64,000 nucleotides of DNA from Candidatus Methanomethylophilaceae archaeon (GCA_050950505.1 JBMNHS010000001.1:384001-448000), one strand, 5' to 3'. Numbered from the stretch's first letter, positions 10,301-19,482 are shown. The notes: a model not told the origin generated them from the letters alone. A program made the numbers and translations.

Positions 10301-12691
10301 TTCCGCGTTGCGGATGTCCATGTCGTCTTCCATGATTTCCCTGTACGTTTCTTCGATCACGGGCATGTTTTCCATATTACCCAGTTCTTCCAGGAGATAA
10401 GAGGATCTTATCTGCTGTCTGTTGACCGAAATGGGGCGTCCCATGTAATTTCTCAGAATCATGAAACTGCGGGATGCGGTGTGCCTGAACCTGAGTTTGA
10501 ATATTTCCGAGTCCTTGATGGCTTTCCTCAGAATCTGTTCCAACTCTCTGGATTTCAGCATTCCCTTGATTTTGGACAAATCTGTTTTCCGGGACGTCCC
10601 GATCATAAAATTGTCATCGGAAACGGTGACCGAGACGTTGGTTCCGAGTATGTTCGTAAGTCTGTAAGCGTAACCTCTCGACAGGGCGTCGTTCACCCTT
10701 CTGCCGAAGGGATAATGAAACACCAGTCTCTGGTTGCCGGTGGGGTCGATGTACTCTTCGATAGCAAGATTGTCCGAATCCGGTATGAATCCCGTGACGG
10801 CAATCTGTTCCCTGAAATAGGATACGATGCTTCTTGCGGATCCCTCGTCGATGTCAAGATCCACAATCATGTCTTCGATGAGCTCTCCCGTCTTCCGGTT
10901 CATGTTTTCAGACATTTCTTTCCGGAACGACGCTATGTCCATGGACAGGTCGAAAGAACGGGGGAGCATCTCTCCCGCCCAGGACGGAACCGTGGGTTTC
11001 CTTCCGGTGGCTTCCTTCACGTAAGCGGTCATTCCTTTGGATCTCACGAATTCGTAGGAACGGCCGCCGAGAACGAATACGTCCCTCGGAGACAACCGTT
11101 CCACGAATTTCTCGGAGAGTTCGCCCGCCATGGTTCCGTGGCCGGTTATGACACGGTAATTGGCTTCTTCGGGAATGGTGCCCAGATTCATGTAGTAAAT
11201 CATTCTGGCGCCTTTTCTTCTGCCGAACTGGTTTTCTTCCTCGTCATACCATATTCTGGAATAGACGCCTTCGAACTCGTCCCTGCTTCCCAGATATTTG
11301 ATGACGCCCATGAATTCCTCTTTCGGGAGGTTTCTGTAACAGTAGGAACCTTTCACGAGATCGTAGGCTTTGTCCGCCTCCCATCGGTTGTCTAGACTCA
11401 TTCCCACGATTGTCTGAGAAAGTACGTCGAGACTGTTTTCCGGTATTCCCACCCGGTCGATGTCCCCGCGGTGCGCCGCGCGGCACATCACCGCACATTC
11501 CACCAGATCGTCGGGATCGAACACCAACAGACGTCCCTTTGCGACCTGTCCGAAACTGTGACCGCTTCTGCCTATCCTCTGAAGGCCTTTGGCAACAGAC
11601 TTCGGAGATCCTATCTGGCACACCAGATCCACGGAGCCTATGTCGATGCCCAATTCCAGGGACGTCGATGAGACCACGCATTTTATTTCTCCTCTTTTCA
11701 GACGTTCTTCCACGTCCAGACGGGTTTCCCTGCCCAGGGAGCTGTGATGTACCTCGATGTTCTCCAAACCCCGTTCTTTCAGTTTGTAAACGACGCTTTC
11801 CGCACCGGAACGGGTGTTGGTGAAAACCAAAGTCGTCTCATGTTCGTCGATCATCCCCTTCAGTTGATCGTACATCATCGAATTGACCATGTCCGACGAC
11901 AGCGCCGTCATGTCCGTTGCGGGACATATTACTTTCAGATCCAGTTCTTTCTTGGAATCCGACTCCACTATCGTCACGTCCCGCACGGATCCGTCGGGAT
12001 TGTTTCCGACGAGATAGCCTGCGATGGCGTCCATGGGTGCGAGGGTTGCCGACAGACCGATGCGGGTGAAGTCGGTCTCGCACCAATCCCTGAGACGCTC
12101 CAGCGTCAGGGAAAGGAAGGCCCCTCTCTTGGAATCGCATATATCGTGAATTTCGTCCAGAATCACCCATTCCACCTGTTGGAATTTCTCCTTGAATTTA
12201 GGGGAAGACATTATCAGAGCCAGGGATTCGGGGGTGGTGATCAGAATATGGGGAGGGCGTCTTGCCATCCTCTGTCTTTCGTTCTGGGGGGTGTCCCCGG
12301 ATCTCACCGCCACCCTTATTCCGGGAACCTCCATTCCCGTTTTTTCGGCAACTTCCTCCATTTCTATGAGAGGTTCGGTGAGGTTTCTGTTGACATCGTT
12401 GGCCAAAGCCTTGAGCGGGGAGATGTAAACGCAATATATTCTCTCTTCGAGTTTGCCTTCGGAAGCATATTTCGTAAGTTCGTTGATGATGCTGGTGAAA
12501 GCCGTGAGAGTCTTTCCCGAACCGGTGGGGGAAGACACCAAAACGTTTTTTCTGTCGTGAATTAAAGGTATGGCTTTTGCCTGAGGTTCGGTAAGACCGT
12601 CGAACCTTTCCCCGAACCATTTCGAAATCAGGGGTTCCATAACTCCCAGGACTTCTTCCTTGGTATATTCTCTGTCAGACCTCTCTATCAT
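7313..12691 (-). CDS. lhr: Long-form Lhr ATP-dependent SF2 helicase (1792 aa) with large C-terminal extension
   Basis: SPTGSGKT, ISPLKALAND, TTPESL, DEIH, GLSAT, FTNTR, HHSS, SLELGIDIG, QRIGRSGH, GTIP, VPSWAGE. About 900 further residues with winged-helix-like segments. Confidence 0.93.
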   Translation of the reverse strand: MIERSDREYTKEEVLGVMEPLISKWFGERFDGLTEPQAKAIPLIHDRKNVLVSSPTGSGKTLTAFTSIINELTKYASEGKLEERIYCVYISPLKALANDVNRNLTEPLIEMEEVAEKTGMEVPGIRVAVRSGDTPQNERQRMARRPPHILITTPESLALIMSSPKFKEKFQQVEWVILDEIHDICDSKRGAFLSLTLERLRDWCETDFTRIGLSATLAPMDAIAGYLVGNNPDGSVRDVTIVESDSKKELDLKVICPATDMTALSSDMVNSMMYDQLKGMIDEHETTLVFTNTRSGAESVVYKLKERGLENIEVHHSSLGRETRLDVEERLKRGEIKCVVSSTSLELGIDIGSVDLVCQIGSPKSVAKGLQRIGRSGHSFGQVAKGRLLVFDPDDLVECAVMCRAAHRGDIDRVGIPENSLDVLSQTIVGMSLDNRWEADKAYDLVKGSYCYRNLPKEEFMGVIKYLGSRDEFEGVYSRIWYDEEENQFGRRKGARMIYYMNLGTIPEEANYRVITGHGTMAGELSEKFVERLSPRDVFVLGGRSYEFVRSKGMTAYVKEATGRKPTVPSWAGEMLPRSFDLSMDIASFRKEMSENMNRKTGELIEDMIVDLDIDEGSARSIVSYFREQIAVTGFIPDSDNLAIEEYIDPTGNQRLVFHYPFGRRVNDALSRGYAYRLTNILGTNVSVTVSDDNFMIGTSRKTDLSKIKGMLKSRELEQILRKAIKDSEIFKLRFRHTASRSFMILRNYMGRPISVNRQQIRSSYLLEELGNMENMPVIEETYREIMEDDMDIRNAEYVLNLIEEGKMNVKVIPYTGTPSPFAHSAIISSFSDIVLMEDRSALLRELHRKVLYRALGDAVKDFEFEEDSVIPYFREKIGRVQSKNDIVPMLLRTGPLQALRERGRNIYAYSDEDRKTVDGWIKELFEEGKLGSVFMDDPYVMATEEILYYAAATAKERELNEADAKVFDEIGANTPIKDISNRLELSEDMVYRSMRKMESMYLVSRTAVAGKGRWLYSVADIPEADKNTAMDRIILRHLECYAPATLREVAFALSLTEEEAKASLESLVGCGDVVKGRFLIAEDDQYMLKDDRMRLRAGKENVYSFETVEDYRATKGRRFRTIEEFFEFYGSAGSPIDVYSRVGNFDIREWDEMRLDGRLLLGRFMRGRVRFALAKDAAGFAAMRFDETEPYDEAVLRTIENMGNATLRQLVNVMEADKDAMKASLYRLDRSLKVVRSFSDRENWVSENVYEAYRPEDPGPDPLLGFAEKTVRAYGPVPIQALRFMLGVAPEDAKRLMEEINAAEIIVGDSQTPMYVFEDEIPDLEDIKGHEAEIRLCTPWDPDISSKWAELSARYGERWMYPLIRGSVLMGALEMWEMSGCIEIRAFDLNSPDLLPAALKAIDGVMGYYRMKDTDIVRIREVMEKDAADLPEEHVTALEEAGYRFVNGFYAKGDFAEYLMDDREYLSYMFSKQRVGGNDRYPTVMNAVESRGYIRGDQEIYSRVLDKTTVRKQEERGYLVKAKLFPSYVGYTTREFAQIYRAAKAEPLSEDDCLLLALIRDFAPVSKKEIISMSPFSELRTNEILNELSDLTVVCQDQDSYYVEVPLPNISKEEALKEVFRYHFRDFGISSAEDLSRFMPVRMSEIRSVLAMLEKEGFLKKGFFLKDDPTVMWMLAEDVGNKPRIHGNTFILNSQDNLHVFIRPWIRKESGQSGPVIIKGTEIIGHFKGRLSYAGSKIEDFEGSDRAFRYLNTVARSLGVQIGKDSSSEPEEDWDAVEFYLKSNPGAISRK

Positions 12692-12899
12692 CGGAATCCT
12701 ATCCCGAACACTTAGTGTTACAGGTATTTATTATTCGTCATTCAACGTCCCGTGCGCAAGGAGGGATATTTCCCTCCGCTGCAAACGGAAATGTATGGAA
12801 TTTAGCTTGAGAGACCGTATATATTTTCGGGTCTGCGGGGTATTGCGCCGCGATGTCCTAAAAAGAAAGATTATAACTGCGACGGTTGATTGCATCCGC

Positions 12900-13772
12900 A
12901 TGAAAAACCGTACCGCCGTAATGTTCATCGCGGCTTTTTTCATTATTTCCGGGGGATTGGCCTATGTCGTGGATGAAGCGGAGGCTGCACCAGGCACGGT
13001 TGTCATCACCGGTGAACTTTATGACGGGGATACTCCCATCAAAAATGCCGAAGTTTTCATAAAATGGAATATCAACGATGAACTTAAGGATACATGGTAC
13101 GGATCCGGAGTCAAGACGAATTCCGCGGGAAAATTTACGGTAACGCTGTCTTTGGACACCGCCTTGTCCGAAATCCAGGGAAGTCCTCTGCAGGTGATGT
13201 GCATAACAAAAAACTTCGTGAGAATCTCTCAGGTTATCAATGATAAAAACATCGAAGGAGAGATTGAGGATTTCAATGTAGATTTGGGCAGAGTCGATGA
13301 ATTTCCGGTGAAATATATGGAAACCGAATCCATCACCGTGGATGTTTTTGTGATGCACGGCAACGTAGGAATCAGTGATGCCAGAGTTTCCGTAAAGAGC
13401 GTTGGCGAAACCGGAACGGGCAGCGTGAAGGTTGAAACCACCGATGAAAACGGCCGTTGTAAATTTGAATTGAAAGTCGGGGAATACTCAATAACGGTGG
13501 AAAGAGGAGGTTTCGAGGATTGGGTGTCCGCGGAACCGCTTGTACTTGGGAAGGAAGCCCAAGTACCTAAGAACATCGAGTTGGTGATTTCCCCCGTGAA
13601 AACTTATTGGGGATTCGATTTGCCCCACCTGTTCACCGTAATGGGAGTGTTCACAGCGCTGGTTATGACTTCCCTTGTGTTCCTCTACATGCTGTGGATT
13701 AACAAACACCCCGGTCCCACCAGAGTCATCGACGACAGCCAGGATTTTGACTACGAGGACGACGAAGACTGA
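12900..13772 (+). CDS. Secreted/membrane-anchored protein with beta-sandwich (carboxypeptidase-regulatory-like) domains
   Basis: Signal peptide MKNRTAVMFIAAFFIISGGLAY, TTDENGRCKFELKVGEYSITVERGGF motif, C-terminal TM helix and acidic tail. Confidence 0.75.
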   Translation: MKNRTAVMFIAAFFIISGGLAYVVDEAEAAPGTVVITGELYDGDTPIKNAEVFIKWNINDELKDTWYGSGVKTNSAGKFTVTLSLDTALSEIQGSPLQVMCITKNFVRISQVINDKNIEGEIEDFNVDLGRVDEFPVKYMETESITVDVFVMHGNVGISDARVSVKSVGETGTGSVKVETTDENGRCKFELKVGEYSITVERGGFEDWVSAEPLVLGKEAQVPKNIELVISPVKTYWGFDLPHLFTVMGVFTALVMTSLVFLYMLWINKHPGPTRVIDDSQDFDYEDDED

Positions 13773-13774
13773 AC

Positions 13775-14332
13775 TTACCGTTTGATGTTCCGACGCACTT
13801 CTTCGTAAAGGTTTCCGCCTTTGGTGTCTATTGCCACGGTGAGAGGTCCGAAGTTGTTCGCATTGAACTTCCATATGGCTTCGGCCATTCCCAGATCCTT
13901 CCAGTAAGCGCCGGTGCTTTCCCCCAGCCCTTCGGCCAGAGACACCGCGGTGCCGCCCACGGCCGCAAGGTAAACGCAACCGTGTTTCTTCATGGCTTCA
14001 GCGACTTCGGAAGACATCCCGCCTTTGCCGATGATTGCTTTTATGCGGAATTTTTCAATCATTTCCGGCGTCAGGGAGTCCATTCTCGCGCTGGTGGTGG
14101 GTCCCGCGGCGACGGGAATCCATTTCCCGTTGGATTCGATCATGATGGGTCCGCAGTGATAAAGAACGGAATCGTAAATTTCTTCGGGAACTTCCTCGCC
14201 GGCACGGATCATTTTGAGAGCCCTTACGTGCATCTCGTCCCGTCCGGTGATTACCGGACCGTCAATGTGAACGGTGTCGCCTATCGTCAGAGAACGTACG
14301 GTGGCTTCGTCAAGAGGCGATTTGAGTTTCAG
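13775..14332 (-). CDS. fumB: Class I fumarate hydratase / tartrate dehydratase beta subunit
   Basis: YHCGP, AAGPTTSARM, IGKGGM, FGPLTVAIDTKG. Homologous N-terminus (LKSPLDEATVRSLTIGDTVHIDGPVITGRD) extends upstream of the ORF-track start to a CTG at 14332. Confidence 0.85.
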   Translation of the reverse strand: MKLKSPLDEATVRSLTIGDTVHIDGPVITGRDEMHVRALKMIRAGEEVPEEIYDSVLYHCGPIMIESNGKWIPVAAGPTTSARMDSLTPEMIEKFRIKAIIGKGGMSSEVAEAMKKHGCVYLAAVGGTAVSLAEGLGESTGAYWKDLGMAEAIWKFNANNFGPLTVAIDTKGGNLYEEVRRNIKR

Positions 14333-15198
14333 AAAAATCCCCCCTGGGAATACTTCACTTCATGACCGTATATTCTTGCGGAGGCCCTGCGGACCGCCCA
14401 GCATCCTATGTTGACCGCGACCGGCAGGCTTGCGGTATGACAGGCGGCTTTCTTCGCCCTGACTCCCAACACCGTGGTTTTTCCCCCGAGTCCCATGGGC
14501 CCGAGGCCGCTGGAATTCAGTTTCACGAAGATTTCCTCTTCCAGTTCGTTGAGAACGGAATCCGGGTTTTCCTCGCCGATTGGCATGAGCAAAGCCTCTT
14601 TCGCCAAAAGAATGGATTTGTCGGCGGTTCCTCCGATTCCCACACCGACGACGCCGGGGGGACAGGGTTTTCCTTCCGCGTCAAGAACGGCGTCGATCAC
14701 GGCTTTGATTATTCCTTCTTTTCCGTCCGAAGGGTTCAGCATGATCAGTTTGGTCATGTTTTCGGAACCGGCGCCTTTCGGCATCACCGTGATTTCCGTG
14801 AATTCGTCATCGGTGGGGCAGAAATGCACCACGGGCATGCCTTCGCCGAGATTGTCTCCGTAGTTCTCGCGGGTGATGGGATCCACGGTGTTCGGTCTCA
14901 AAGGAATTTCTTTCGTCGCCCTTGCCACGCCTTTTTTTATGTCATCGATTATCGTGGAATCGAATTTTCCCCTAACGTGAAACACGGGGATGCCCGTGTC
15001 CTGACACATGGGTCTGGACAAAAACTCGGATTTGCGGACGTTGTCCATTATTGCCCCGAGCTGCGAATAAGCGGTGGGATCGGATTCCCATGCCGCTGCG
15101 GCCTCCAACGCCCAGCCCACGTCCGTGGGCAGTTTGGTGTTGGACGCCCTGAGTAAATTGAAAACCACATCCTCAACGGGTTCCGGCAGTTTTATCAT
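14329..15198 (-). CDS. fumA: Class I fumarate hydratase / tartrate dehydratase alpha subunit
   Basis: RPMCQDTG, LRPNTV, PKGAGSEN, PCPP..VGVGIGG, GPMGLGG, CHTASLPVAVNIGCW. Confidence 0.88.
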   Translation of the reverse strand: MIKLPEPVEDVVFNLLRASNTKLPTDVGWALEAAAAWESDPTAYSQLGAIMDNVRKSEFLSRPMCQDTGIPVFHVRGKFDSTIIDDIKKGVARATKEIPLRPNTVDPITRENYGDNLGEGMPVVHFCPTDDEFTEITVMPKGAGSENMTKLIMLNPSDGKEGIIKAVIDAVLDAEGKPCPPGVVGVGIGGTADKSILLAKEALLMPIGEENPDSVLNELEEEIFVKLNSSGLGPMGLGGKTTVLGVRAKKAACHTASLPVAVNIGCWAVRRASARIYGHEVKYSQGGFF

Positions 15199-15231
15199 GA
15201 AACCTGCATTGCCGAAGTACTGAATAAAGGT

Positions 15232-16260
15232 TTACGGCACGTAATGAAGGATGCCGTCTATATCCACAACCTTTATCTGGCTTCCCACTTCCACGTCTTT
15301 CGGGACCCGCATGTCCAATGTTTCGTAATTCAGGGGATTGAGAACCTGCACTTCCGGCGGATCCCCGCTTATCACCGTGGCATCCATGAGTTCGTCCTCG
15401 GTACGGTAGACTTTGAGTTGGGGCATGTCCGGACGGGGGACGTATTTGTCCCTGAAACTTTTCAAAGATATCAGACGCCCTCCCCCGGGAAGGATTCTTT
15501 TCAGTCTGTAATACCCGTTTTTGTATTCCACCACGTCCCCTTCCTTGAATTTGGGGAGACGCACCAGATACGTCACGCGGTACATGTTCTGTCCGTCGGG
15601 TTTTCTCCCCACCAGTTTGAAAGACTCCTTGGTGTCCCCACAGTACTGGTCGGAAATCATTTTTGCCAATATTTTTCCGAGAGCCAGGGTGGATATGTAG
15701 AAATCCACTCCGCCGTGTATGTCCACGGTTTTTGAAATGAAACACTGGCGGTTGGATTTGGCGTGGAAATCAATGTATTTGTTCACTCTCCGTTTCACGT
15801 TTTTCAAAACGTCGTCGTCCAGCGTCCGTTCCTCCGAACGGATTTGCAGTATGGATTCATAATAACTGCCCTGAACCCTGGAACATCTTTTGCAAACGGT
15901 GTTCTTGATTCTTACGACGGTGTCGCATTCCGATATCACGGGAGTGCCTCTCACGGAGAGTTCCGTTCTGACATGGACTTTGTGGGTTTTCTCGTCCTGG
16001 GGTTTGGATTGGGTGGCGATCGACAATACTCTGCAGTCGTTGAGAACGTACATCTGATCCACGGCGGCGTCCTCTATGGTTCTCCGTTTCTCGTCGGGAA
16101 CCCATCTTCCGCCCACGTAGAATTCCTTGCAGACGGCGCAGACTTCCAAATCCACGTGATCCGGCAACGAGGTGAATTCACGGCCGTCGAGGTAACATTC
16201 GACACAGAGACCGTCCACGGGATTTTCCACGTCGGTGCCGCATCTTACGCAGAATCTCAT
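15232..16260 (-). CDS. nmd3: NMD3-family ribosome biogenesis protein
   Basis: MRFCVRCG..GLCVEC, CAVC, VCKRCSR..GSYYESILQIR, GGVDFY, RVTYLVRLP. ATG overlaps the DUF424 stop. Confidence 0.9.
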   Translation of the reverse strand: MRFCVRCGTDVENPVDGLCVECYLDGREFTSLPDHVDLEVCAVCKEFYVGGRWVPDEKRRTIEDAAVDQMYVLNDCRVLSIATQSKPQDEKTHKVHVRTELSVRGTPVISECDTVVRIKNTVCKRCSRVQGSYYESILQIRSEERTLDDDVLKNVKRRVNKYIDFHAKSNRQCFISKTVDIHGGVDFYISTLALGKILAKMISDQYCGDTKESFKLVGRKPDGQNMYRVTYLVRLPKFKEGDVVEYKNGYYRLKRILPGGGRLISLKSFRDKYVPRPDMPQLKVYRTEDELMDATVISGDPPEVQVLNPLNYETLDMRVPKDVEVGSQIKVVDIDGILHYVP

Positions 16261-16550
16261 ATCAGAATCACCTGTGCGTGTTTGACGCCGGCCACAACGA
16301 TTACGTTTTCCGGCGATACGAATCCTTCCTCGATGCCGACGGCGACGGCTTTCTCGCCGAAAAGGTTCATCATGGTCACCGAACCCATCCGAATGGCCAG
16401 GGTTTCCTCGGTCATGGGTTCGGTGCCGTAGAAGTTTTCGGAGAATGTTATTTTTACGTCTCCTTCCGAGAGGATTTCTCCCGCCAATTCCTCGTCGCAG
16501 GCCGCAAGCAGCCAATCGTCACCGCGTCTGTGCAATCTGGCTCTTATCAT
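16257..16550 (-). CDS. DUF424 family protein
   Basis: LLAACDEELAG, FYG, NLFGEKAV, VAGVKHAQ. Confidence 0.9.
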   Translation of the reverse strand: MIRARLHRRGDDWLLAACDEELAGEILSEGDVKITFSENFYGTEPMTEETLAIRMGSVTMMNLFGEKAVAVGIEEGFVSPENVIVVAGVKHAQVILI

Positions 16551-16551
16551 T

Positions 16552-18651
16552 TCAGGTCCTCTTGTAAACGCCGAAGGAGTGTTCGTAAATATCCCCGGCT
16601 TTGTAAATCTGCTTGATGACTTTCTTCACTTCGTCTTCCGGGATGCCTTCTTCGGCGGCGTGTTTGATTATTTCTTCGACGGAGATGCCTTCACTGGACT
16701 GGAACAGGGTTATGATTTCCTTGATCACTTTGACGCTGTCACGGTCTTTCTTGGTGATTCCCGTTGCCATTATGTCTATGTCCCACTGCCCTCCGTCGGG
16801 GGCGGCGATTCTGCCCAGGTAGTATTCGACCATGTCCACCGCGCGGTTGGCGTCGGCGTCGGTGACCACGTTGCTCAGTCTCATTCTCGCGGAGGCTTCG
16901 GACAGTCTGACGTACCCTTCCAACTGCCTTGCGGTGATGGGGACGGAGGCGTTCTCGCCCTCTCCCATTTTCCTTATGTCGAGATAACTGTTCTCGATGA
17001 TGTTCGCGGCATCCTCGGTCATTACGGGAACTATCCGTTTGGAATATGCGACGTATTTTCTCAACGTTTCTATGTCATAGTAAGGTTTGATGTTGTCCGT
17101 GTCTTCCAGAATTTTGGAAACGTCGACTCCTTCTATTTTTTCGTCGGTTTTCACCGCACGGACCTGTCCGCGGCGGTGGGCCTTCAGAATATGGCTGGTG
17201 ATGTCCTTGTCCCGGTTCCTGTTGGGTTTGTCCGTCAGTACGAAAATCATGTCGAAACGGGACATCAGCGCCGGGGGAAGATCGATTTGATTGGTTATGG
17301 TGTCCGTATCCTCGAATCTCCCGTATTTCGGGTTTGCCGCCGCAAGCATGGAGCATCTGCACTGCAGCGTGGCGGTTATTCCCGCCTTGGCGACGGATAT
17401 CTTCTGAGATTCCATGGCTTCATGAAGGGACGACCGGTCCTGATTCGTCATCTTGTCCAATTCGTCTATGCAGGCCAATCCCTTGTCCGCCAGAACCAAA
17501 GCTCCGGCTTCCAGCGTCCATCTTCCGTCCCCGAAGTCGTCTTTGACCGCGGCGGCGGTGAGTCCGGCCGCACTGGCGGATTTTCCCGATGTGTATATCC
17601 CTCTGGGCGCCAGGCTTCCCATGTATCTCAAAAGCTGTGATTTGGCCACACCCGGGTCTCCGATCAACAGAATGTGCATGTCCCCTCTTATCGAAGTGCC
17701 GTCGTCCATTTCCTTGTGGCTTCCGCCGAACAGTTGCAGGGCCAAGGCCTGTTTCACTTCCTCCATGCCGTAAATCGTCGGGGATATGGAAGCGGTTATC
17801 TTTTGGTAAAGCTCCGGGTCCCTGGACATTTCGAGAATCTTTTTCTCGTCCTCTTCGGTTATCTGAATGTCATCGTACTCATGCTGTTCGAACTCTATGG
17901 ACATCACGTCCATGTAAATGTCGAAAACCGTGGATTTGTCCCGTTCCTGTTTTTCCGCCGAACGGATGATACCGTTCATGGTCACCCTGTTTCCCGCGGT
18001 GACCGCTCCCGAAATGTCGTCTTCCAGGAATCCCGACAGTCTTTCCGGCTGAGCCCCTCCCCTGAGGCCTTCGGGACTTTCCTGAACCTCTATCTTCTGG
18101 GTGTCGATGTACATCGAGCTTTTGTCATCGAGAATGAATCTGGTGGATTGTTTGTTGCAGCTTCCGTCCGGATTGCTGCACATGATGGGTTCGTTTAGAA
18201 TCATCCCCTTTTGGGGAACCCACTGTTCCGCACCGCATCTGGCGCAGGTGAACAGGGCGTAAACCATCCTCGGCCTCACGGTGGTCACTTTCCTTACCAA
18301 TCCGTCCACGGCTATGAGGGTGCCCAGATGTTTCGATCTTATCCTTCTTATGTCCACGTTGGCGTCCCTGGGCAGTTTGATTAATCTCAGATTGATCTGT
18401 TCCTTTCCGTCCCAGGCGGGAGGCATGAGCGCACGCACCCTGTCCTTTCCCAGTCTTATGCATCTGTCCGGGTTGTTAAGCACGAACAACGCAAAATCCG
18501 GATCGTAAGCGTCGATGTCGGAATACTTCACGTTCATCGATTTCACGTCGGGATATCCCGCCGCTATGCCGGAAATCATGTTTCTGTAATATTCCGATGC
18601 TAAGATTTCATCCCATGCGGTCTGTATGTCCCCGTCCTGATAGTTTGCCAT
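16552..18651 (-). CDS. mcm: Replicative helicase MCM
   Basis: C4 zinc finger, QESPE, GDPGVAKSQ (Walker A), GLTAAAVKD, IDELDKM, AAANP, SRFD, TARQLE. No intein. Confidence 0.98.
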   Translation of the reverse strand: MANYQDGDIQTAWDEILASEYYRNMISGIAAGYPDVKSMNVKYSDIDAYDPDFALFVLNNPDRCIRLGKDRVRALMPPAWDGKEQINLRLIKLPRDANVDIRRIRSKHLGTLIAVDGLVRKVTTVRPRMVYALFTCARCGAEQWVPQKGMILNEPIMCSNPDGSCNKQSTRFILDDKSSMYIDTQKIEVQESPEGLRGGAQPERLSGFLEDDISGAVTAGNRVTMNGIIRSAEKQERDKSTVFDIYMDVMSIEFEQHEYDDIQITEEDEKKILEMSRDPELYQKITASISPTIYGMEEVKQALALQLFGGSHKEMDDGTSIRGDMHILLIGDPGVAKSQLLRYMGSLAPRGIYTSGKSASAAGLTAAAVKDDFGDGRWTLEAGALVLADKGLACIDELDKMTNQDRSSLHEAMESQKISVAKAGITATLQCRCSMLAAANPKYGRFEDTDTITNQIDLPPALMSRFDMIFVLTDKPNRNRDKDITSHILKAHRRGQVRAVKTDEKIEGVDVSKILEDTDNIKPYYDIETLRKYVAYSKRIVPVMTEDAANIIENSYLDIRKMGEGENASVPITARQLEGYVRLSEASARMRLSNVVTDADANRAVDMVEYYLGRIAAPDGGQWDIDIMATGITKKDRDSVKVIKEIITLFQSSEGISVEEIIKHAAEEGIPEDEVKKVIKQIYKAGDIYEHSFGVYKRT

Positions 18652-18652
18652 T

Positions 18653-18892
18653 TCATGCCCCCGTGATGTCCGATGAACGGCAGTCTTCGTCCGCCCACCA
18701 AATCCAACCGCCTCTTTCCGGCGATACTTTGCCTTTGATCAATCCTCTTTTCCTCAGTTTTGTGAATGTTTTTGCCAGTTCGTCCGGACAGTTCTCATGA
18801 AACACTTCCTCCAATCTGTCCGCGGCCTCCGAAGTCGTTACCGTATCGTCCTTCAGGGCCTTCCATACCGCACGCACAGTCTCCTCGTTCAC
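18653..18892 (-). CDS. Small winged-helix-like protein, first gene of the mcm operon
   Basis: 79 aa, helix plus LRKRGLIKG..GGWIWW wing pattern. Stop is 1 nt before the mcm ATG. Confidence 0.7.
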   Translation of the reverse strand: MNEETVRAVWKALKDDTVTTSEAADRLEEVFHENCPDELAKTFTKLRKRGLIKGKVSPERGGWIWWADEDCRSSDITGA

Positions 18893-18972
18893 GTTACTCT
18901 ATAAATGTAGGTTGCATAAAATCTCTGCCGTGACCTTTGTGCCGTAATGTGCATGGGATTCGGAATTGTGTT

Positions 18973-19482
18973 TCAGGCCGTGACGAGATTCTTGAGATTC
19001 TCCGGATTTTCGAGGGTTTCTTTGACCCAATCGCGTATCCTGAGGCTCATCGCCCACATTTCTTCGGCCAGTTCCCTGTCGTCGGTGGCGGTGAAATCCT
19101 CCGGGGTTCCCATGTCGGCCAAGATTTGTTTTCCTTTCCATATGGTTTTTGACGCGTATTCGTCAAAAACGGATTTATGGAGATATATCACGTAATCGTA
19201 ATCGTAATCTTCCAGGAGATATTCGCTTTCGAACCCTTTCGATCTGTGGCGTCTGATGTCTTCCCCCCGTTCATACATCGTGATGATGAGATCGCAGTCC
19301 ACGGTATCCGGTTCGGGACCTCCGCTGAACGCCTGATATATTTTCGGATAAAACTTGTTCACGTAGTATTCGGCCACCTGCGACTGCAGATTGTTTTTTT
19401 CATCCACGAACATCAACGAGATTCTGTTTTTGTCCCGGAGGGGTCTGCCTTCTTTGACAATTTTTCTTTTTCCGAGCGCCAT
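18973..19482 (-). CDS. LMW-PTP/ArsC-fold protein with degenerate active site
   Basis: FVDEKNNLQSQVAE aligns with FVCxxNxxRSQMAE. Also has SGG, HRSK and DYVI motifs. Confidence 0.75.
   Translation of the reverse strand: MALGKRKIVKEGRPLRDKNRISLMFVDEKNNLQSQVAEYYVNKFYPKIYQAFSGGPEPDTVDCDLIITMYERGEDIRRHRSKGFESEYLLEDYDYDYVIYLHKSVFDEYASKTIWKGKQILADMGTPEDFTATDDRELAEEMWAMSLRIRDWVKETLENPENLKNLVTA

Noticed and set aside
12760-12850. Short hairpins (for example GGAGGGA-TATT-TCCCTCC) between lhr and the surface-protein gene as an ncRNA
   Set aside because: Stems are short, with no C/D or H/ACA boxes, so the evidence is too weak.
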